A stretch of 59,117 nt of DNA, taken from contig JALDZX010000061.1 of the NCBI GenBank assembly GCA_022813865.1, positions 62,001 through 121,117 of the forward strand. The letters run 5' to 3'. The notes under the pieces are model-generated. The model made no database searches, had not been told where the DNA came from, and worked only from the letters and a program-made list of their open reading frames with translations. Positions 1-9,470 of this stretch are shown one piece after another; positions within the stretch are counted from its first letter, which is position 1, and every line of letters starts with the position of its first letter. The DNA is from Xylographa opegraphella (Eukaryota). A program made the translations under genes and the position numbers.

Positions 1-147
1 AAACCGGGCTGTTCGTGGAGTCTTTATCGAGAGAGTCGAGGAGCTCGAGGAAGTTCGCGGTCGAACGGTGACCTGCGGACCTTTCTTCTCTTCCGAGACT
101 GTTTGCGAGGAGGCTTGCTTCGGGACATCGCCATCTGGACCCGACAT
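1..147 (-). CDS. N-terminal fragment of a conserved fungal protein (runs off the window's left edge)
   Basis: ATG at 147-145 opens an uninterrupted frame to position 1: MSGPDGDVPKQASSQTVSEEKKGPQVTVRPRTSSSSSTLSIKTPRTARF. S-x-KTPRTARF resembles a motif I recall from Pezizomycotina hypothetical (MARVEL-like) proteins; not verified by search. Confidence 0.6.
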   Translation of the reverse strand, partial: MSGPDGDVPKQASSQTVSEEKKGPQVTVRPRTSSSSSTLSIKTPRTARF

Positions 148-2880
148 CTTCGCAATCGGCTGACGTGAGACTGTAGAGACCTGATTCACCTCACTGGGAG
201 GAAAGAGTGCCCCGTCGCAAGAGCTCTCTGGAAGACTCTTGGGAGACTGCACTCGCAACGACGAGATCTATTCACAGACGGGTGATGGAAAGAGTGAAGT
301 GGTACGAGAACAGAGGAAGTGACCGGCAGGTCCACGGTTTTTGTCTTGGGCGCCTATTTTCCGCTGGTGTTCCAGTCAGGTACGACAAGCACCAAATTGG
401 GAGCTCGATATCACAAAGACAATGAAGACTTGCGACAGCGAGGAATGATCCATCGAGATGGAGGGATCCCCCATATCTAAGACTCGGCGCGAACGGCCGC
501 TGGGCGTCAAGCTGGTGGAGGGGTGAGAGTGATAGGCTGGAAGGAGGAGAGCCCGAAATAGCTTAAGGACGTGGATGTGCCTGCGATTGGTGGTCCGTTC
601 GTCGCAGATGCGACCAAGTGCCCGATCAAGCGCATTGATTGGCCCGAGTCTGACCACTGGAACTCCTCCACTGCATCTGCAAGCTGGATGATGCCGCCCG
701 CTTCCTGCAGGTGTGCACACACTAATCCGGGAGCTCAGCGCTTAGAATGAAGCCACGACATTCCAGCCCACTGTCGGTCCAACACAAGCAACAGGTGTAG
801 AAACCGATCGTGTTTCCGTAACAGTGCTTGTGACGATGGGATGCTGAATGAAGCATGAGATGCTTCAGAGCAGGAGACTGCACCGACCGCATTCACGATA
901 CAAGACTGGCACTGCCCACAAGCATCATGGAAGAAGTGCGGAGAAGTTTGCGACAAGCGTGCCAAGCATTTCCACCCTGGAATGGTCCATAATTAGTAGC
1001 TATTCTGCCGTCGACGGCCCGCTACGGCGTAATTTGGTACTATTTATCGGTCCTCTCTCGCTGATGATCACGTGATGTGAATCACTGGCCACCAAAAATA
1101 CCTATTCAAACTTTTCCATTTCTGCATAACATCCGTCCTTACTCCCCAGACCCATGACACCGGCAGTCCATCTACCGACTGAGGCTCAGGGAGCTACGTG
1201 AGAGACGATGCCACGGTGCCTAAGGGCTTACAGTAAGCTGTCCAAAAGAAGCTGGACCAGGTCTTCCAAAAAGGCTTCGTGTAGAGCGAGTCTCTCAGGG
1301 AGGAGCAGAGCTCGCAGGAATAGCTTTAGGATGCTTGAGGAATTTGGGGAACTCGGTCCAGGCCATTGTCTCTTTCGAGGGAAAGGGCAAACCGAGTTCC
1401 TGAAATAATAGGTATGCAATCTAATTGGAAGCATCTTGATCTAATGTTGAGGTTGTAAATCCTTGGCTGTATCTCTTGTTGCCCGCCTTGCACACACAAG
1501 TTGACTTTGCGCATAGTGAACCCTCTGAAGTTGTCCTTGCCGTCACTTGATTTCCTTTGGACTTGATCTGATACTATTCATCGGTCAGCATCGTCTCTCT
1601 CATATCGGCACCTGAAATAGCTTCCCTCGCCCCGAGTCCAGGGTCCAATGGCATGCCTTCGAGCTCGATGTTGTCTCCTCGGCCTCTGATAGTAGAGTTA
1701 TCTTCAACTATGTATTCGCAACCCATCTGATCAGCTCAATGAGCCCCTCTTTGGGTATCAACTCTGGCAGCCAGATGACGAATGACTGCTCTAGCTTCAC
1801 AATCGGTTGGGCTCGTCATAAGGTAGGTAAGATAGGTCACGGAGCAGGGTTCAGCAATGCGTGAAACAGCTATCTAGGATCTCAAGGTTTAGCAAACATG
1901 GAACAGTAACCTTGTTTGAGAATAGTCGATAGTAGCAAAAGAATTATATTAGATGACATCGCTACGGACTACTCCGTAGCCGGAGTTCAAGTGATGCAGT
2001 GAAACTATACGAAATACAGTAAATTTGAGAAACCAATTGTGCGATCGATGTGTGTCTGGCCCTTCGGACCATATATTCGGGCAATAGGAAATACACATTG
2101 AGAGAAGGAAGCAAACAGACCATTTATTACCATGTTGCATACCCATACCTCCGTAGTTGTGCATTGTCATAACTTGGGATACTTTTTTATCCTACAGGGG
2201 TTCTCGCGCTATCCCGCAGGATTCTTGCGGAAGCCGCCCTCCCGCATGCTTTTCTCAACCACATGCATCACCATCGTGGATTCTCATAAGTTTGATTTAT
2301 CTGAAGTCTGTGATAATCTTCTTGCAAAGTTGAGTGTGCTGTCCTCCGTGAAAGAGATCGTCAGCGAGCTCTGTGTCAGTACTGGAAAGGACACGGCCCA
2401 TTTGTTCACGCAGGCGCGAACTTCATCTGGGAGGTCCTGCAGACCGAAGTGAATGTGAGAATTGTGAAATGTCCTTGTATGAACATAGAGCGTATGTAAG
2501 TCATGTCAAAGGGTTGTGCATACATAAGAGTCGACTGCAAGGAATGGAAGAAGCTGAAGATAATAGAAGTTTGAAATGGTCAAGAGTGAACAAGCAAAAT
2601 TCTGAACCCTATAGTTGCCCGCTACAAGACTCAGTGCTTAGCTGGTATCAGCCGGAGCTCGACTGTATGAATTTGATGTTGGGAAGAGATGAGGCACATG
2701 CTATGATACCGGTGGCAGTCACACCATGAGTTTATACATACACACGGGTCAGTTTCACTATAACGGAAGAACATGCGGTTGAGTTGTGTAGTATTCAAGG
2801 TAAAGCTTGCTCATTTCTACTACACAAATCGGTTTTTCTCGGCAGATGTCGCTGCTCTACAATTTCCTTCATCCGACACT

Positions 2881-2998
2881 TTTCTTTCAAACTCAGGTGT
2901 GCCCAAAGCTTTCTTTCAACCTCAGGTGTGCCCAAAGCTTTCTTTCAACCTCAGGTGTGCCCAAAGCTTTCTTTCAAACTCAGGTATACTTTGGGCAC
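2881..2998. repeat. 29-bp tandem repeat (~3.6 copies) plus terminal inverted segment
   Basis: Unit TTTCTTTCAA(A/C)CTCAGGTGTGCCCAAAGC starts at 2881, 2910, 2939 and partially at 2968. CTTTGGGCAC (2989-2998) is the reverse complement of the unit's GTGCCCAAAG. Confidence 0.95.
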
Positions 2999-4671
2999 TG
3001 GAAGAGCTTGTCGGCGAGATTCGGGTCGGCCCCCTGATCCCGCAGGCGGCCGCCAATCCCCTCCTTGACTCCCTCCATGCGTTTGGCGAATGCTTCCAAT
3101 GACTCTGGGTTCTTCGCCTTCTTCTCAAAGTATGAAGGATATGGCGCTTTGTTTTGGTTGCCGTGAGGGGTTCTACCCGTGTTGGAAGCCTGCATTGTGT
3201 TAGTCTTTGTTGTGTGTATGAAGTGACATGCTTACTCCGCGGTACGGCAACGATGCTGCATGATTATGAGATCCATGAGACTGCTCTTTATGAAGGCCTG
3301 AACGAGCAGGAGACTCCTGGAATGCTGGCTGAAGAACGGGCTTGGTCAGGCGGGGGTCGATAGGAAGACCGTGAGTATTTTCTGCGTAGAGGTGGGCATG
3401 ATTCTTCGACTTGAAAGAAGCATTGGTGGCATGATTCTTTGACTTGAGGAAATCGTTGGTCGGAAGAGCTGGTCCAAACTCGCTGGTGCGATCACCCTCC
3501 TTCGTGCCAGTGTTGGGAACAGTGTCAGAAGAAGCCATCGCTGCCTGAGGGAAGTGAGCTTCATCGTCCGAATATCCGCCTGTGCGACCATAGAGAGGAG
3601 CTCCAGGTAGAGAGGACGCGATGTAGAAGCTGGGTGGAGGACCACGAGGAGCCATATTGTCTAAATTCTGACCTGGTTGGAGTTTGACTGAGGATTGACG
3701 TGGTTGGGACGTGTCAGATGGTAGAAGTGAGTCCGACATGGGATCATTCATTCCTCCCCCCGGCGCATTAGTGCGGAACGGGGCATTGGGTCCATGAGCA
3801 AGACCGGGGTGCACCGAGTGATGTGGCACTACTGCGCGATGGATATGTTCATTGCTGCCCTCGCCGTGGGTATAAAAGACACTTGGCATGACATATCCGT
3901 CTTCCCCTACGTCTTGGAACTCAAACATCCAGTTTACGCCGCCGTCGTTCAAGGGCTTTCCATCTCGTACGTAAGTCTCCAGATCTTTTAGCTGTTGGGG
4001 GGTCATGCCTTCGTTGGACTGTTACTTAGTCAGCGCTGCGTCGCTATTCGCACATTGCACTGATAGCTTACATCAACGTCCATCATCGCTTCATCATCTT
4101 CTCTATCATAATCACTCGCTGCACTTTGAAATCCGTTGTGTTCCTCAATCACGCCGGTAGCAGCATGCTGCTCTTCATACCCAGTCATCGGTTGGTCTTC
4201 GTCGTCAGTGATCTTGAAAACGATCTTCCGGCCATCTCCTGGCACAGTGCCTTTGTTCTTGAGCCAGCAACTTGGATGAGCATCCCATGTATAATTGTTA
4301 GGGTTACCATTACGCTCGACACAGACCGGAAAATGTACGTTCTTAACTGTATCACGGCGTGGAAAAGACTTGTGACAGTTCATGCAGACGTAAGCTGGCG
4401 TAACCTTTGGCTGCTTATTTCTCCGTCCTTTTCTCACGGCTGCTGGCACCTTGACTGGCCGCACCTTTTCTGCCCTAGATGCTCGTTTTGGTTGGCAACT
4501 AGGGTGGGCATCCCAAGCTACGTTGTTGGGGTTACCGTTACGTCTGACGCATGCTGGGAAATGGTTCTTGACTGTTTCACGGCGAGTATACCCCTTTTCA
4601 CAAATCGGACAGATCATGTTAGGCAATTCCTTTGTCTTGGCTCTCCCTTGGTGTTGCGCGGCTGTTGACAT
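2980..4671 (-). CDS. Hypothetical protein (~530 aa) with two tandem atypical C2HC/C2H2-like zinc fingers
   Basis: Exons 4671-4072, 4018-3236 and 3189-2980 join three ORFs in frame. Introns are 4071-4019 (GTAAGC..GCTGAC..CAG) and 3235-3190 (GTAAGC..ACTAAC..CAG). Two repeats of C-x2-C-x12/13-H-F-P-x-C-V-x-R-N-G-N-P-x4-W-D-A-H-P-S-C. Confidence 0.8.
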
Positions 4672-6643
4672 TTTTGATGATAAGTCGTATAGACTTTGTG
4701 TTCTTGTCTATTATTGGAACGAATTAGCATGTTATGGTTGTTATGATCGAGAGTCAGGAAAGAAGTAAAGGAGAGAATAATTATTTTCTATCTGGGTTCT
4801 ATGGTGGTTGCAAGCAAAATAGCAAAAGAATGATGATCAGAACCAAGGAGATACAAGGTGGTGATCGAGGATGAGGTAAGGCGTACGAGAGATATAAGAG
4901 GTAGTGTGCTGCCTGTGCAGTGATCGACGACATGAGCAGGTATGAGTATGATGGGTAAGGAGACTAACTATATTGTAGGTGCAGTGCTTGATGTTAAGAG
5001 GACGACTAAGCAAGAGAGGAAGTGCCCGTTGTGATTGCAATTCCAGTGTTGGTGATAGTGATCAAGATCCTCGCCAGAAAGATAGGGGACAGTCATTAAT
5101 ATTACTTACCTACACGTTGATGAACCCTTATAGCAAACAAGAGCAGCTTACCCTTCTGACGAACAAGAGTGAGCACGCTCTTTCGAAGAAAGAGTGTGCT
5201 GAAGCTGAGAGAAGAGAAAGAGAGTTCAGCAGAAAGGGTTTTGGGTTTTGGACGTTGTGGCTCACGGACTAGCAGGGGCGTGAGCGGTGAATAACCTACG
5301 GGCCCCTTTAAAGCCCCAGGCGAACCCTCTCGCTTCAGGCAATCGAAATGAGGGTTGCCTGATGGGAAACGCAGAGCAGCAAGGCCGCTGTGTTATGGAA
5401 GCGTGGAGCACCTCTGATGAACGGGTGAGCAATACGATCAAGACCCCAGGCTCCGAGCGTGTCCCGTCCGATGTTAGATCGCAAGCCGCGAACGGGGTCG
5501 AACCAATTCACTTTGCAACCGATATTGGCAGAAGCTATGACCGCGAAGCTCACTTTACAGCAGCTGGCTCGTGATGATTGTGGAGGCTTACGGTGGAAGT
5601 CGCATTCGTCTACGGTAGAAGATGAGACGGAAGCTGTTGCGTGCTGGGCTCGAGGCCGCGCTGCACGTATGAGCCACACGTGTGAGCAACACGTATCACC
5701 ACTACGAATTGTGAATTGAAACAACAGCCCCGGCACCCTCTCTGCCTAACGGCACTAAGGCCCTCCGGGACCCTTCGGTCTACAAGGTTGACTGGTGATG
5801 GCTCATGAGAAGCTCGACGGTGAGAAAGTCTACATGGCTCATAATGGTGCTCAACGGAACTGCGCAGCCTTGACACCTCGGTCTATCATTTCTACGTGTT
5901 ACGGCCAACAGGAAGCTGCGCGTTGATGAAAGCTTGATAGTCAGTTATGCGCCATAGATTTGAGTCACTCTGCTTGCTAGGTCCCGTTTGGGATCCCATC
6001 GCAATTTCCATATGAGTAACTCGTGGAAGTCCTACCCGGCTCAAAGTCTCCGCTGTATCCAGGGCGTGATAAAGGATGCTGCATGCTCGTGACAATGGAG
6101 TTATTCGTGGCAGGCTTAAATTAAGCGCGATGACTGGCTCTCTGCATTAGGGATCATCAATCAAGGTGATGTATCCAGCAGGCAAATTCTTCAAAGGCAA
6201 AAGTCTAAGAGGGATTTCGAAATGTTCTCGACGGCAATAATGATTTGAGAGCACGCCGCTAGATATGGCTAGGGTTGATACCCTCTCACTCACCACCAAG
6301 GGCGAGCCAGACGCTTGCGAAGATCACAAAGCAATAACACGTGAGAGATCTACAAGTGTTGATTACAGCAGGGCTACTTCAGTAGGCTACCATCAACGAC
6401 CGCTCCGATCCGACGTCCACAGGCTATCTACTTTTCCTACATCTCTACGCCAGAAGCCAAAAACTGCCAGTATGCCTCCCTTGCCTCTTTCTGCACAAGC
6501 CGTCTGCACAAAGTCCAATTACATACGGGAATACTGTACACAACACCAGCAAACTTGCAGTTACCTCATGTGACCCTGATAGTCTTCAGTCAATAGTGGG
6601 ACAGTACTGGGTGGTTTGGATAGACTAAAGGGCTACCGCGCGG

Positions 6644-9090
6644 CTAGTATTCCGGTCTCACTGGTAACGCAGTGGCTGAGGGTTTCCGCATTCCGTTAGC
6701 GTGAATTCCATGATGCATATCTGACAAAGGTGCTTGACTTGCCTGAGTCCCACCAGGTAAAGAATGCTCGCCCTGCTGCTGATAGTACTTGGTGTAGGGA
6801 TTCTCTCCTCTCCGGATAGCAGCTTCGTCGACTTCGACACCTGGGTGTCCGTTCTCCATCAACAACCGTCGGTCTGTCGAGGCTGCTTTGCCGTCTTCGG
6901 CTACCTTGGCTTTCATGGTTTGTTGGACTGAGAAGGGTCTATTTCACCCGATTAGATCCGCAGATAGTGACAGAATAGAGGCGATTGCTTACCCGTTGAC
7001 TTCCCGGTCGAGCATCATGTACTCCTTCGCTGCCGCCTTGGTGCCCCGCTCGAGAAGATACACCATATAGTAGTGGCTTAAATCTTTCATAGTCAGCGGA
7101 GGTAGGTGACTCTTCCTCCGGATATCCTCATGCACTTGCTTGATCCGCTGATACTGTATAGCCTCACTCTCAGCGCTTGTAGGCTGCTCCAGCTCGAACA
7201 AGAGATAATTGATCCAAAATGGTCGACTGTCCAGGTACCAGTGCTGATTCTTTTGAATTACTTGACGAGCTTCATCCACCGATCCTTTGATCTTCCACAA
7301 AAGTCGTGCCCACTCTGTCACAAGAGCAGCTTTTGCGTATATGTCGCATTCCGTCGAATCAATCTGGGCTTTATAGACTGCGATAGCCGCGTCCAAACCT
7401 CCGTGACGACGAGAGAGATTGGCTAGCGATACAATTGTCTCAATATGACCTGGAAGATTGATGAGAATGGCTTGATGGATGTCTTTGGCAAGCTCGACTC
7501 GGCCACACATTTCTTCGAAGTATGCATAGTGCAAGCGAACAGCGGGCCGTGAAATTGGAGCGTAAAGCATACTGGCTCTCTGGTAAATATTTCTGACTTC
7601 CTCTTCTTTCATTGGCTGAGCAAGCATCCACCGAGCGTATCGCAACCAAAACTCGTCGTAGTAAGCACAGGTCACAAGACACCTTTCGTATAAGAATGCA
7701 GTTCTCATGTAATCACCTTCAACTTCTTCAAAGTCAAGATACTTCCGCCAGTTTACCAGTTGACCTTCGTCAAGCTCGGTGACGTGAAAGTATGGTCGCT
7801 TGACTTCCGATTCGTAGGTCCATCGTTTTGTGGTTTCAGTCTGTGTCCTGGCAAATATCTCCAGGTGAAAGTTGTCAATCCGAGTTCTCATTTCGCGCTC
7901 TATCTCGAGTTCTCCCTTTTCAACATTAATCTGTTGGGAACCGGCTTGTACAGTAGCAAGACCTTCTGTCTCGATCTCCAATCGGAATTGCGCCAATGTA
8001 TCGGCTGGAAGAAGCTCTTGGAGGGGCCGAGACTGTGCCATTTGACGATAGCGCTCAAAATAACGAGCATACTGATGCATTGGTATGTGTACTACACGGT
8101 CAAGTATGGCAAAGATCTTGTCATTTGCCTCGAGACGTTCTTCGAATTCCAGGTATTTGTCCCAGAACGGATGCGCCAAGAAATCGAGGCCCACACATGT
8201 CGCTCCTCTTTCGAATAGTCTGTTTAGCGGATTGTCAGTTCGGATCTCTCTTAGAAGGGGGAGTAGGCGCAAGGAAGAGGCAGAGAGGGCAGCAAACATG
8301 GCATATGTGATTGATCAAGTCATCTATTGCTCCGACAAAACCCATCAAACGTTACTCTCGAATGCAAAAATGTATGCCGCGGGATTGGTCAATCTAGGAT
8401 TGAAGGAAATGAAAGCGCCTGAAGTTTCAAGTGTGAGAATCAATCTCGAGGATCTGGTTGTGACTTTCTCACCCATCGACAAGCAAAGCTTGAAGCATTC
8501 CTTGTAATGTTGGTTTCAGGCTGAAGTTGCGCTGTACGTATCGTAGTTATGGGAAGGAAAGTATATCTTTCTCTACTTACTCTCGAATGACCTCAGAATC
8601 GTGGCTGGTTTCGACTTTGAAAGCGCAGTAGTTTGTCCATAGGTCGACTGAGTTGGTTATGCTTGCTACACCTCGCTCATATACCTGGTCCATATTTCAT
8701 CAGTAATAATTTCAAAATATCATACGGACGCACACGCTCACCAGCTCTGCAGCCTCAGTACCAGCTATTGAAAATTCTAAATCCGCATACTTTTTCCAAT
8801 ATCCAAATAATAGAGGAAACTTGGCGAGGAAACGATCGTAAATATCGCGTGTAGCTGCTATGGATTGAGGATTCGAGTTGCGATTGAGACCGCCTTCTAG
8901 GGACTCCGCTGCGCGAACCAACTTCTCCCAATTCTCGAAGCTATCCGGATCTTCAGCCTACAGAAATGGTAGCATTAGTATATCGTTTACAGAAACTTCC
9001 AGCACTGGGATGAAGTCGTACCACTTCGTTGTTGAGCTTCTTCAGCTCCGCGTTCTCCTCGTCCGAGCCACCGAAGCTGTAGTCAGCCAT
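6644..9090 (-). CDS. PRP39: Pre-mRNA processing factor 39, U1 snRNP HAT-repeat protein (~636 aa)
   Basis: Exons 9090-9022, 8957-8742, 8684-8581, 8219-6993, 6938-6644 total 1911 nt in frame. HAT motifs: FLAKFPLLFGYWKKYADLEF, LFERGA..GLDFLAHPFWDKYLEFEE, KRPYFHV..L...QL.NWRKYLDFEE, LYERCLV.CA.Y.EFWLRY. Confidence 0.95.
8220..8580 (-). other. Unusually long (361 nt) structured intron 3 of PRP39
   Basis: Donor GA|GTAAGT at 8580, branch-like CTGAC/CTAAAC, acceptor CAG at 8220. Splicing restores IRE-LFERGA. The other PRP39 introns are 54-64 nt. It contains complementary segments and cryptic splice sites (see findings). Confidence 0.85.
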
Positions 9091-9470
9091 CGTAAGTAAA
9101 GGTAAGATGGACGAAACGCGACAGATGAGATTTAGGCTTTTCGATCTGTGCGTAGATCTGAGCGAATATGTCAAACCCGAATGTGAACTACGTCGTGATT
9201 GAGGATGGTTGCACAACTACGAGTTGTGAATCTGACAATTTGGACAAGCTTTGGTGTCACATGACTTTTGACGACAAGACCAATATTTTGCGAAATCGAG
9301 GTCTCGCACACTTTTACCAAGATAGTATGAATCTACAACAAGATATTTGCTAGGAGCCACTGTACAGTGGAATCAAAGAATAATAGATTTAACAATCGTT
9401 ACTGAAGCTGCCATGTGATACGTCCAGCCCTTGGATGGGTACAGGTTTTTGGATTCTTGACTATTATACA

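Noticed and set aside
1228..1820. Protein-like minus-strand fragments (e.g. ILKLFLRALLLPERLALHEAFLEDLVQLLL) with a possible short intron
   Set aside because: Could not assemble a continuous spliced frame or recognise a family; may be a pseudogene but is unsupported.
2881..2985. 29-bp repeats resembling a CRISPR array
   Set aside because: Head-to-tail with no spacers, eukaryotic context, no cas genes.
8220..8299. ORF-track N-terminus MFAALSASSL... of the 436-aa PRP39 ORF
   Set aside because: Intron sequence (pyrimidine tract and branch site); the real frame enters at 8219 from upstream exons.
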